Shown here: piece after piece, positions 51,555-64,000 of the stretch | Numbering within the stretch: position 1 is the stretch's first letter | How the letters are laid out: every line of letters begins with the position of its first letter | Assembly (NCBI GenBank): GCA_951406725.2 | Contig: OX597823.1 | Span: forward strand, 22,258,001-22,322,000 | Source: Octopus vulgaris | Lineage: Eukaryota | Direction: 5' to 3' | DNA length: 64,000 bases | Notes under the pieces: model-generated | The model's database searches: none | Told to the model about the DNA's origin: nothing | What the model saw: only the letters and a program-made list of their open reading frames with translations | Program-made: the position numbers and the translations under genes

Positions 51555-51684
51555 TATAAGGTGGATGACCACTAAGTGGACAGCCACTATGCTAGAGAAC
51601 AATCTTTTCTTAGTGGTCAGACCATATGGGGGGGGGGCTACCTCTAGAATAATGGATGTCCGCTTAGTGGTCATCCCTCTTATA
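51555..51684. repeat. Hairpin with 43-bp arms
   Basis: tataaggtggatgaccactaagtggacagccactatgctagag versus ctctagaataatggatgtccgcttagtggtcatccctcttata. Confidence 0.85.
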
Positions 51685-51746
<62 letters not shown>

Positions 51747-51769
51747 TAGATAGATAGATAGATAGATAA

Positions 51770-52038
51770 GTTTCTTTATTGGCCACACAGGGCTGCACAC
51801 AGATGGGACAAGTTACAAGGTAGAGCTTTTCTTTTGGGGGAGAAAACAAAAGGTGGCGTAGGTTTTCGATCAAAAAGGATCGTAAAAGGGAAAAAAGAAC
51901 AAAAAAAAAAGAAAAAAAGAAAAAAAAAGGAAAAGAAAAAAAAGAAAAAGGGAAAAGGAACAAAAGAAAAGAAAAATGAAAAAAGAAGAAAAAAGAGGAA
52001 AAAGGGGAAGAGGAAATCTATCTAACGTATTGACTCTC
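51770..52038 (-). mobile_element. Tx1-like LINE 3' UTR, flanked by (GATA)n
   Basis: Reverse complement of the 3' end at 57780-58010. Confidence 0.8.
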
Positions 52039-52093
<55 letters not shown>

Positions 52094-53559
52094 GGATGGA
52101 TGGATGGATGGATGGATAGATAGATAGATAGATATACATATACACACATACATGTATATATATATACATACATTCCTACATACATATATATATATGCGTG
52201 TATATATGCATTCATAAGTGTATACGCACTCTGGAAATGTATGTGAAACTTGAATGAATGTATACAACAGTGTATGTATGTATGTATGTATGTGTGTATG
52301 TATTCCACTAAGCTCCCTCTCTCTATATATCTAGATATATGCATTAATGTGTGCATATAAAGAAAGCATGTATGTATCTGTATGTGTGTGTGTGTGTGTG
52401 TTTGCGTGTAAGCAATTACGAGTTGGTTTTATTTGTTATCTATATTTTATACATATCGCTTCATTGTCGTACGTAATATCTACCTTTATTGTTGTACGTA
52501 ATATCTACCTTACGCAATTAAGGAGGTATTGGTGTACAGATATCTCTATGTATGTGTTTACATACGCTTGCGTATTCATTGATGAATGTAATAAATCCAT
52601 TGATAGATGTAATATATGTAAAATAAGCATACACGTATTCATCGTCTGTGTTAGCTAGCGGTTCGGTGAAACATAGCGATAGAACAGGTGCCAGACGTTA
52701 AAAACACATGCACTAGGGTTGATTTGTTCGGCTAAACCCTTCAAAGCGGTACCCCATGAACTCCGCAATCCAGTAATTGAAATAAGGGCAAAAGAAATAT
52801 AATAAAAATAAAAGCATAACATAATTTAATAGGTGTTCATAAATGCACGAGCATTTGGTTAATTCTTCATGTATCCGTAGTTACATCTTATATACATGCG
52901 TGTAGGCGTATGAGTGTATATGTGTGCAAGTTTCGATGTGTGTATGTATTTGTATGTATGTACGCATGCATGTTTGTATGTATGTATGTATGTACGTACG
53001 AGTATGTATGTATGTATGTATGTATGTATGTATGTATGTATGTATGTATGTATGTATGTATGTATGTATGTACGAGTATGTATGTGTGTACGTACGAGTA
53101 TATATGTATGTACGAGTATATATGTACGGGTATGTATGTATGTATGTATGTATGTATGTATGTATGTATGTATGTTGCATGCATATCGACATGCGTAATT
53201 ACATGTATACATTCATTGATATATTTCTATTCATATATACACAAATGTACGCATATTTATACATCGATCGTTTAAAAACGCGCCAAATATTTAAGTATCT
53301 CACACACTTTTCGAAAATACTGAAACAGTAAACTTAGTAAAGTACAAATCAGCTGGTGACTTCCCGTCTTTGTAAAACCTAGCCTTTTTACGATGACCAC
53401 TTTCTACAATAACAAACATAACAAAATGAACCAATAATTAAAAGCAGAAATAATAAATTTATTGTCTCCGGAGAGAAAAATTTAAGATCTTGAAGGAATT
53501 GTCAGCAAATATTTTCAAATATATTCTTGTTCACAGATTTTGAAAGAAATGTTGATATC

Positions 53560-53950
53560 TGTGGTAAGTAGCTTGCTAACCAACCACATGGTTCCGGGTT
53601 CAGTCCCACTGCGTGGCATCTTGGGCAAGTGTCTTCTGCTATAGCCCCGGGCCGATCAATGCCTTGTGAGTGGATTTAGTAGACGGAAACTGAAAGAAGC
53701 CTGTCGTTTATATATATATATGTGTGTGTGTTTGTGTGTCTGTATTTGTCCCCCTAGCATTGCTTGACAACCGATGCTGGTGTGTTTACGTCCCCGTCAT
53801 CTAGCGGTTCGGCAAAAGAGACCGATAGAATAAGTACTGGGCTTACAAAAGAATAAGTCCCGGGGTCGAGTTGCTCGACTAAAGGCGATGCTCCAGCATG
53901 GCCGCAGTCAAATGACCGAAACAAGTAAAAGGGGAAAAGAGAAAAGAGTA
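53560..53950 (+). mobile_element. SINE family A
   Basis: High similarity to 20095-20539. Confidence 0.92.
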
Positions 53951-54218
53951 TCTGTAGGGGTGCTAGTTACTAAAATTGCTCATCATTTTCCTATTTCTTT
54001 CCCAAATAAATATGGCCCTTTCTTGATCCGTTTGTATTTTGGCGGAACAAGTTTTGCCAATGGATATTCTGCCATTGTCCCCACTTCTGTTGCAACGCAT
54101 GTATTTATTAAGTAACAGTCGTGTATTCATGTCCCTATTATGAATGCATACCTGAAGGTACTTTCTCATTTCTCTCCCCCTTTCGCTGTCTGCTTGTCCG
54201 TCTGTCTCTGTCTCTCTC

Positions 54219-54258
<40 letters not shown>

Positions 54259-54405
54259 ACTAAAAATAAGGGTGTCTGAGAGACACCACCATGCCGAAAT
54301 AGCAGTCAAAACCCTGACTTTAAAAACCACGTTAAATGTTCATATCGTACCATGAGATAAGATAGAGGGACAAAATAGACTAGCAGAAAATATTATATCC
54401 TTATT

Positions 54406-54529
<124 letters not shown>

Positions 54530-54718
54530 TGTTTCTTTATTAGCCACACAGGGCTGCACACAGATAGAACAAATTACAAGGTAGAGCTTTTCTTTTGAAG
54601 GTTTAAAAAAAAAAAAAAAAGAAAGGAAGGGAGAGTTTCGATCAAAAGGGATCGTAAAAGGAGAGAAAGAGGACAAAAAAAAGGGGGGTTAAAAAAAAGG
54701 GGGAGAGGAAAAAAAAAA
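54530..54718 (-). mobile_element. Tx1-like LINE 3' UTR, flanked by (GATA)n
   Basis: Nearly identical in reverse to 57055-57241. Confidence 0.85.
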
Positions 54719-54810
54719 GATAGATAGATAGATAGATAGATAGATGTGTGTGTGTGTGTGTGTGCGTGCGTGCGTGTGTGTGTGTGTATGTGTGTGTGTA
54801 AGAATATTAT

Positions 54811-54935
54811 GGCTCTGATGAGGATTGCACTAGTTTATTAAGGTCGTTTAATATCCCTCCATCGCTCAATGGGACCGCTGGTGTAAACCGATCATTGAAC
54901 AAACCTATAATGAATATCGGAAACAGCTGTAAGTC
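54811..54935 (+). ncRNA. Hammerhead motif with long stem II insertion
   Basis: GGCT-CTGATGA-GGAT...ATATCG-GAAAC-AGCT-GTA-AGTC. Confidence 0.6.
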
Positions 54936-54995
54936 GAATTTACTACCACAAAAGAAAATATAATGACCTTGTCCAATATATATATATATATATAT

Positions 54996-55059
<64 letters not shown>

Positions 55060-55259
55060 GTATACAGACTGACGGAGACAGAGATTTATGTATGTTTGTA
55101 TGTTGATTCTTTATCTATGTGTATATAGTTTTTCATTCATATATATGCATTGGTATATATATATATGTATGTATTTATATCTATTTGTGCCTATGTGTTT
55201 GTCTATAGTTGTTTGTGTGTATATTTGTTCGTCTGTGTGTATGTGGTTCCCGTGCTTTT

Positions 55260-55631
55260 GTGTAGGCGGTCATATGTGCCTGTTTGTAAGTACGCCTACT
55301 CACATAGCAGAGATACAGATACGGGCCGCGTGTCCGTACTTTCGGTTTCTGTGTAGGCGAGCGTAAATATACAGTCATGTGTATCCGTGTGTCCATATGT
55401 ATCTGTGTGGGTGGGCGGACATAAGTTTCAATGTGTCCCTGAATCCGTGTGTGTATGAGAAGGATACTACATGTGTCTGTGTGTCCGGGTGTCCATGTGC
55501 TTGTGTGTGTGTGTGGGGGCAAATGTTTTTCTGTATGTCCAAGACTCTGTTTCCATGAGCCTGTTTGTCCATGTGAGTGCGTGGGTGTGAGCAGACGTTT
55601 TTCTGTATGGTAGTGTGTGGGCCGACGTTCT

Positions 55632-55671
<40 letters not shown>

Positions 55672-56220
55672 CAGCGGTTTTTCTGTGTTTGGCGGGGAGA
55701 CTGTCTGTCTGTATGTTTATGTGCCTGTGACTTCACATGTACGGTGTATGGGCGGATATGTGTATCCGTTTCTGAATCCGTGAGTCCATACATGTTTGTG
55801 TGTATACGTGTGTACATGCGCGGATTTATGTATCTGTGTGTCTATGAGACTGTAGGTACATGTGTGTGCGTGGGAGGGCAGGCGGCATGTGATTCTCTGT
55901 GTCTGTATGTATGTATGTATGTACTGTGATTGGATATGTGTTTCCGTGTGTCCCTGGCTCCGTGTGTCCACATGTATGCTGTGTGTAGGCGGACATGTAT
56001 TTCTATGTGACTATAAAGTCCGTGTATCGACAGGAATTTGTGTGGGCGAATTTGTGTTTTCAGTTTTGTATCCACGTGCCCGTGTGTCCGTATGTGTAGT
56101 GCGTGGGCAGACATGACTGTGAGGCGAGGAGTCCGCGAGTCCATATTTGTTCGTTTGTGTGGGCGAATCTGAGCTTCTGTGTGCCCATGTATTCGTGTGC
56201 GTGAATCTCCGTGTTTATGT
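55260..56220. repeat. Cryptic degenerate minisatellite (about 55-60-bp unit, core TGTG(G/A)GGCG(G/A)A)
   Basis: Recurrent tgtgggcggac / tgtaggcggac / tgtgggcgaa followed by tttc..tgtgtcc..atccgtgtgtcca. The period is clearest at 55985, 56043, 56104 and 56160. Confidence 0.65.
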
Positions 56221-56577
56221 AAATACTCACACATACACACGCGTGTATCTATGTGCGAACTTTTGTATGTTTCCGTGTGTGTGTGTGTGTGTGTGTGTAA
56301 AACTTTAAGCGTGAATATGTGTAAGCCTATCAACTGGTCAGCCCATGCGTATTACGAATCTAAATGTACTTCTGTGTGTCTATGTATTGTTTGTTCGTCC
56401 GTGTCTGTGTGCGTGTCTGTATGTCACTGTGTGTTTGGGTGTATCAATATACATGTGTATTCCGGTGTGTGTATGTCCATCCGCCAGTGCTTTCTGTTTG
56501 TGAATGTATGTATGTGTGTATATATGTATGTATGTGTGTATATATGTATGTATGTATCTATCTATCTAGCTATCTAT

Positions 56578-56839
56578 TTCTTTCCACGGGTAAACCTCAC
56601 CTGTCCTCCCCTTTACACTTTATATCGACATTTCTGTGATAACGATCCCTATTGATCGATTTTTTTTCCTTTTCCTTTTATTTTTTACCCCACCCTTTTT
56701 ATTTTGCTTTCCTCTTTCTTTCCTTTTACGATCCCTTTTGATCGAAAACCAAACCCCCTTTTTTATCCCCAAAAGAAAAGCTCTACCTTGTAATTTGTCC
56801 CATCTGTGTGCAGCCCTGTGTGGCTAATAAAGAAACATT

Positions 56840-56909
<70 letters not shown>

Positions 56910-57242
56910 GATCTATCTATCTATAAAATGTGACTTCATTGACCGAGGTTACCGTGGTCTTTTCCGTAGGCTTTTCTTTCCACGGGTAAACCTCACCTGT
57001 CCTCCCCTTTACACTTCATACTGACATTTCTGTGATAACGATCCCTATTGATCAATTTTTTTTTTTTCCTCTCCCCCTTTTTTTTTAACCCCCTTTTTTT
57101 TGTCCTCTTTCTCTCCTTTTACGATCCATTTTGATCGAAACTCCCCCTTCCTTTTTTTTTTTTTTTTAAACCTTCAAAAGAAAAGCTCTACCTTGTAATT
57201 TGTTCTATCTGTGTGCAGCCCTGTGTGGCTAATAAAGAAACA

Positions 57243-57290
<48 letters not shown>

Positions 57291-58010
57291 CATCTATCCA
57301 TCCATCTATCTATCTATCTATCTCGGTTTATCAGCTGAGTCTATCGTCAATATTGTCACGCCTCCTTCCTTCAAACGGGAAGGAAGAGCTATTTTCATCA
57401 TCCTTGTGGCTATGGCGAAAGAATGTATCTGGTGGACGCGTCTGAAAGGATTGGAGACAAACACTTTCCTCTCTGGTCAATCTCTCATCAACTTCTTCAA
57501 GTACCACTTGAAAAGGAAAGTGAGAGTAGAGAGGCAAGTTTTGTCTAGCGAATGTTTTAAAAAAGATGGGTGAATGTAGCAAGAATGGCACGTATGAATG
57601 ACGAAGCCACCTTGAGCATAGTCCTATGAACCCAGAAATCGAAAACAGAGAGTTGCTTATTTGCAAAAAAAAAAAAAAAAGAAATATAAAATGTGACTTC
57701 ATTGACCGAGGTTACGGTGGTCTTTTCCGTAGGCTTTTCTTTCCACGGGTAAACCTCACCTGTCCTCCCCTTTACACTTCATATTGACATTTCTGTGATA
57801 ACGATCCCTATTGATCAATTTTTTTCCTCTCCCCTTTTTTTTTAACCCCCCCTTTTTTTTTGTCCTCTTTCTCTCCTTTTACGATCCCTTTTGATCGAAA
57901 CCCCCCTTCCTTTTTTTTTTTTTTTTTTTTTTTTTTAAACCTTCAAAAGAAAAGCTCTACCTTGTAATTTGTTCTATCTGTGTGCAGCCCTGTGTGGCTA
58001 ATAAAGAAAC
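56578..58010 (+). mobile_element. Three tandem 5'-truncated Tx1/L1-like LINE copies separated by (TATC)n
   Basis: Copies 56578-56840, 56924-57241 and 57324-58010, each ending gcagccctgtgtggctaataaagaaac-(TATC)n. The longest encodes AIFIILVAMAKECIWWTR...FFKYHLKRKVRVERQVL..FKK.W, which fits a Tx1 ORF2 C-terminus. Confidence 0.8.
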
Positions 58011-58011
58011 A

Positions 58012-58502
<491 letters not shown>

Positions 58503-59094
58503 GTCTGTCCGTCTGTCGGTCCATCCGTCAGTCTGCATTGTTTGTCTATCTTGTTTACCTGAATATATGTATGGTTGTTTATATCTATTATTGTTAGTAT
58601 GCACGCTTGTATGTATGTATGTATGTATGTATTATGCATGTATGTATGTTGCTGTGTGTCTGTGAATATGTTTATGCGTGTATCTATAAGTGAACATGTA
58701 ACTCGGTGTTTATAAAATGAAAGACATATGTCCACCTTTATATCTACAAGTGTTAGTTCGCCTATGTATGTTTGTCCGAATACGTATAAGTACGTGTGCG
58801 AAGCGTAAATAACTGAACGTATAATGTATGCTTGTCCATGTGAATCTATGTATATCCTGTCTGCGTCTAAATACTTCAATGAATATGTTTATGGGAATAT
58901 GTACGTATATGTCTATATGGATGTGTATCCGTGTTAATAGGTGTGTGTAGACATTGGCAGGCAAAAGATTGATGCATGAGAAGAGATAGCAGCAGACTAC
59001 ACCGAGTATTAGTCTAAAGACTGCTACAGTTGTAGAATGCCCGAATCTCTAACACAGGAAATGGTAAAAGACAGGTAAATGTTTCTGTGTATCT

Positions 59095-59155
<61 letters not shown>

Positions 59156-59296
59156 TGTGATTGTGTGTGTGTGTGCGTGTACGTGTGTGTATTTGTGTGC
59201 GTTCGTATTGTGTTTGTGTGTGTACGCGTGAGCTGATGCAAAAGAGTTAAAGAAAATGTGTGAATGTGTGTGTGTGTGTGTTTCTGTGTGTTTACG

Positions 59297-59801
59297 TGCG
59301 CAGGCATGGTTTGTTCTCAACCATATGGTTCCGGGTTCAGTCCCACTGTGTGGCACCTTGGGTAAATGTCTTCCACTGTAACCTCGGGCCGACCAAAGCC
59401 TTGTGAATGGATTTGGTAAGACGGAAACAGAAAGAAGCCCGTCGGATATGTGTGTGTGTGTATGTATATTTATATGTATGTACGTATATGTGTTTGTGTA
59501 TGTGTGTGTGTGTGTAAGTTTATATGTATGTACGTATATGTGTTTGTGTATGTGTGTGTGTGTGTGTGTATGTGTGTGTCTTTCTGTCTGTGTTTGCCCC
59601 CCCACCTCTCTGTCATCGCTTCACAACCGATGTTGATGTGTTTACTTCCCCGTAGCTTAGTAGTTCGCTAAAAATCCGAATAAGTGCTAGGCTTACAAAG
59701 AATAAATCCTGAGGTCGATTTCTTCAACTAAAAAACCCTTTAAGGTGGTACTCCAGCATGGCCGCAGTCAAATAACTGAAACAAATAAAAGAATAAAAGA
59801 G
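59297..59801 (+). mobile_element. SINE family A
   Basis: Head ggttccgggttcagtcccactg, CORE-like region, tail gaataaaagag. Confidence 0.88.
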
Positions 59802-59857
59802 GTATATGTATGTGTATGTCTTGATGTCAGTGTGTGACCCTCTCTCCTTCGTTCTTT

Positions 59858-59888
<31 letters not shown>

Positions 59889-60023
59889 GCGATTACTACG
59901 AACATTTTTACTCCCTTACTTAGCGGTCATTCTAATAGCTCGTATGTCTTAATAACGGTCAATCACACAATAATTTCATTTTGTTTTGACGGTCATTTTC
60001 ATAGCATTTTTTTTTCGATGGCC

Positions 60024-60086
60024 CGATAACTGAAGAGATGCCGGCGTGGATTTCCGCTCCGACATCCGAAACTCGGAGTTTTATCG
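60024..60086 (+). ncRNA. Type I hammerhead ribozyme motif, best-paired in the window
   Basis: Stem I CGATAA/TTATCG, core CTGAAGA, stem II GATGCCGG/CCGACATC, then (C)GAAACT-CGG-AGTT with a GUU triplet. Confidence 0.78.
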
Positions 60087-60129
60087 TGGCTACCGAATAA
60101 TTGTCACATATTATATTTACACACACACA

Positions 60130-60218
<89 letters not shown>

Positions 60219-60429
60219 TCTTTTACTTGTTTCAGTCATTTGAATGTTGAATATAGCCATTCTGGAGCACCGCCTTTAGTCGAGAAAATCGACCCCAGGA
60301 CTTATTCTTTGTAAGCCTAATACTTATTCAATCGTTATCTTTTGCCGAACCGCTAAGTTACAGGGACGTAAACACACCAGCATCGGTTGTCAAGCGATGA
60401 TTGGGGAGAAACATAGACACACAAACATA

Positions 60430-60465
<36 letters not shown>

Positions 60466-60633
60466 TACGTACGACAGGCTTCTTTGAGTTTTCATCGACC
60501 AAATCCACTCACAAGGCTTGGTTCGGCCCGAGGCTATAGTAGAAGACATTTGCCCACGGTGCCACACAGCGGGACTGAACCCGGAACCATGTGGTTGGTA
60601 AGCAAGCTACTTACCACAAAGCCACTCCTGCGC
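60219..60633 (-). mobile_element. SINE family A, full length
   Basis: Reverse complement of 20095-20539. Confidence 0.92.
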
Positions 60634-61140
60634 ATATATAAGTATATGTGTGTGTGTATATACCTACATATATATATAAATGGAACAAAAACGCAATAGA
60701 GGACACAAGGACGGGCAAAAGAAACAACAATTAGGACAGGCAAGAAAAGGACGGGTCATTCATGGCTTTCCTTCATCGGTGAAGTTCCAAAAGTCACGAC
60801 CATTTCGGGCAATTACACTTGTGATGGTTCGATCTGGTCCCCCCCCCAAAAGATAAGAGCACTAGACCTCCCCACTTGTAAGAAAGCTATATATATATAT
60901 ATATATATATGTTCAGATGAATTAGGTACCCAAGTTGAGGCACCAGAATTTAGTACGGTATTATCCATACAATTTAAAAATAAGGTGAATAAAAATAAAA
61001 TCAAAATAAGCAACAAGGATATAGCTTAGAAGCTACTAGACAGCATGTTCTTTGTCTATCTCCTTACCTCCATGGAGGTTTTAGGTAAAATTATACTAAT
61101 GTGTCCAATTGTTTAAATTTAATTTAATTCTATGTCTTTA

Positions 61141-61226
61141 TGCAGCTGAGGATTGCTCTGCACTTAAATTGATGTAATGATTGCATTGTTCAATTAAATT
61201 GAGTTGCTTGAAACGATCGTACTGCA
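61141..61226 (+). ncRNA. Type I hammerhead ribozyme motif
   Basis: TGCAG-CTGAGGA-TTGC...GCTT-GAAAC-GATC-GTA-CTGCA; perfect 5-bp stem I, palindromic stem III, imperfect stem II base. Confidence 0.7.
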
Positions 61227-61304
61227 TTACCTCTGAATATCGTTGTTTATTTTGATATATAAATATATATATATATTCCTATATATACACATACATATAT
61301 ACAT

Positions 61305-61368
<64 letters not shown>

Positions 61369-61489
61369 ATGTGTGGCTTAGTGGTTAGGATATTCCGGTG
61401 GCGCTTTGTGTCCTTGAGCACGACACCTTATTTATATATATATATATATATATATAAATATATGTACATATAAATATATGTATATATCG

Positions 61490-61651
<162 letters not shown>

Positions 61652-61901
61652 TAATAATAATAATATTAATAATAATTTGAGGGAATATTATTCCTAACTT
61701 ACAAGGAAAAATTCAATTTAGAAATACTAAATCAAATTTCACAAAATATAATATTTATATAAAAATTAGAAAAAAACACCTTTTATCAATTCAAAACAAA
61801 CAATAAAATTACACCATCTAGAAAATTATTTTGATATATATATATATTCCTATATATATACATACATATATACATACACACATCACACACACACACACAC
61901 A

Positions 61902-61960
<59 letters not shown>

Positions 61961-61961
<1 letters not shown>

Positions 61962-62569
61962 GCACGCGGAATTCTGTTCTTGATTCGACGGTCATTCGGA
62001 ATGCTCACAGCAGCCATATTCCTACCGCTCTATGTCATGCTGGTGAGACCCATATTGGAGTACGGGATTCAAGCCTCTTCTCCTTATCTCCTCAAAGACA
62101 TACAGCATCTCGAAAGAGTCCAGAAGCTGGCTACCCGCATGGTTCTTGGTCTCAAGAATTTGTCTTATGAAGAAAGGCTGAAGACGTTGGACCTTTATTC
62201 TCTAGAAAAACAACGATGCCGTGGAGATCTCATTCTTGCTCACAACATCATAAGCGGAAAGTGTTACCTCTCGAAAGAGCTGTTCTTCACTCCTGCTCCA
62301 GAGCGTCGGCTGCGGGGTCATTCCGAAAAGCTCTATCTGCGACGATTTCATCTCAATCGAAGGAGAGGGGCTTTTTCCCTCCGGGTTGCGGATCCGTGGA
62401 ATAAGCTGCCAGACGAGATGGTGAAGATGTCGACGACCGCTCGGTTCAAAGTCTCCCTTGACCTCAAGTGGCCTGAACTCTTTACATGAACACCACCCTG
62501 TACATAACTTCATGTCCCCCTACATGGCCTTGCTTTATGCTTTTTGAGCCAACATTAACTAACTGACTA
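61961..62569 (+). mobile_element. CR1-clade LINE, 5'-truncated, ORF2 C-terminus still open (61980-62489)
   Basis: LYVMLVRPILEYGIQASSPYLLKDIQHLERVQKLATRMV.GLKNLSYEERLKTLDLYSLE..R.RGDLI...LRGHSEKL...FSLRVADPWNKLP, followed by a short 3' UTR with an (ACTA)n tail. Confidence 0.93.
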
Positions 62570-62597
62570 ATATATATATATATATTCATATATAATG

Positions 62598-62663
<66 letters not shown>

Positions 62664-62664
<1 letters not shown>

Positions 62665-63115
62665 GATAGGGAAATTAAGGCCAACAGACCAGATATAGTT
62701 GTCAGAGATCATGAAGGAAAAAAATGCTTTCTAATTGATATATCAATACCGGCAGATGACAACGTGTCTCTGAAAGAAATGGAGAAACATTCAAAATACA
62801 AATACCTGGAAATAGAGGTAACTAGAATGTGGAATCTGAAAACAGAAACAATTCCTATCATAGTAGGTGCATTAGGCATGATAAAAAAATATTCAGACAA
62901 ATACATAACAAAAACACCAGGACTTACAAACACATATAACATACAGAAAATTGCACTACTAGGCACTGCACACATCCTACGCAGAACACTTTCCATACAA
63001 TAACCATCAGAGCATCACAACAAATCACAGCACATACCCAAGGCACACACAGAGCTGCGCTCGGTAGTGAAGTGAAAGCACGCTATAAAAATAAAACTAC
63101 TGAATAATAATAATA
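62664..63115 (+). mobile_element. R4/Dong-clade LINE 3' end (RLE endonuclease) inserted in (TAA)n
   Basis: DREIKANRPDIVVRDHEGKKCFLIDISIP..KEMEKHSKYKYLEIEVTRMW..TIPIIVGALG..LLGTAHILRRTL*; (AAT)n on both sides. Confidence 0.92.
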
Positions 63116-63202
63116 ATAGTAATAATTTGAGGGAATATTATTCCTAACTTACAAGGAAAAATTCAATTTAGAAATACTAAATCAAATTTCACAAAATACA
63201 AT

Positions 63203-63370
63203 ATATATATAAAAATTAGAAAAAAAACACCTTTTATCAATTCAAAACGAACAATAAAATTATACCATCTAGAAAATTACATATTTCTATTATACGTAAT
63301 TTTCTAGATGGTGTAACTTTATTGGTCATCTTGAATTGATAAAAGGTGTTTTTTTCTAATTTATATATAT
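63203..63370. repeat. Fold-back with about 80-bp arms
   Basis: 63203-63283 versus 63293-63370; the left arm recurs alone at about 61755-61830. Confidence 0.9.
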
Positions 63371-63477
63371 ATATATATATATATACTTCAACAATTGAGG
63401 GTAAAATTAATTAATTATTAATCAATTTCACCAAGTGTTCAGTATGCAAAGGGACCATTTAAGGCGAATTCAAATTA

Positions 63478-63764
63478 TTACATTATATAAAAGGGCTTAG
63501 TAAAATAAATTACTTTGCCGCATACTGAACTCATTAGAAATAACAGCTAAAAAACTTTTTTAAAACTATTTCTAATACTTAAAGAAAACCTCTCTCATAT
63601 AGTCTTTGCTCAACTCAACTTCGTGAGTTGAGTTGAGCAAACACTATATGAGAGAGGTTTTCTTTAAGTATTAGAAATAGTTTTAAAAAAGTTTTTAGCT
63701 GCTATTTCTAATGAGTTCAGTATGCGGCAAAGTAATTTATTTTACTAAGCCCTTTTATATAATG

Positions 63765-63767
<3 letters not shown>
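63478..63767. repeat. Near-perfect palindrome with about 140-bp arms
   Basis: Axis at aactcaacttcgtgagttgagtt (about 63622); the right arm recurs alone at 50671-50830. Confidence 0.95.
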
Positions 63768-63852
<85 letters not shown>

Positions 63853-64000
63853 GAGAAACAGACAGACAGAGAGAGACAGAGAGAGAGAGAAAGAGAGATA
63901 GAGAGTGACAGACGGACAGATAGACAGAGCGTGAAAAGTGAGAGAAAGAAAGAGAGAGAGATAGACAGACAGACTGACAGACAAATAGAAAGTATGGGAT

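Noticed and set aside
61980-62489. 169-aa host gene
   Set aside because: It is the ORF2 C-terminus of a 5'-truncated CR1 LINE.

Overview
This is eukaryotic, very repeat-rich DNA. The SINE families, microsatellite load and LINE/Penelope spectrum point to an octopus (Octopus sp.) genome, judged from recall rather than a database search. Almost all short ORFs in the supplied track are microsatellite artefacts. The only convincing host coding sequence is missed by that track: the first 71 codons of a class A (rhodopsin-like) GPCR on the minus strand at the left edge (213 to <1). The rest looks like its upstream or intronic region. It is filled with three tRNA-derived SINE families, decayed LINEs (RTE, R4/Dong, CR1, Tx1-like), a Neptune-type Penelope element, Tc1/mariner derivatives (mariner MITE, rosa/DD41D) and an internally deleted Helitron. 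Highlights: (1) about a dozen Penelope-type minimal hammerhead ribozyme motifs; (2) two copies of a short element joining a tRNA-like Pol III head to a hammerhead-bearing tail, both as head-to-head fold-backs; (3) a decayed, intron-retaining fragment resembling the C-terminal OB folds of telomere protein CTC1, possibly Helitron-captured; (4) microsatellite-targeted retroelements forming tandem arrays; (5) many long inverted repeats. Boundaries of decayed repeats are approximate.
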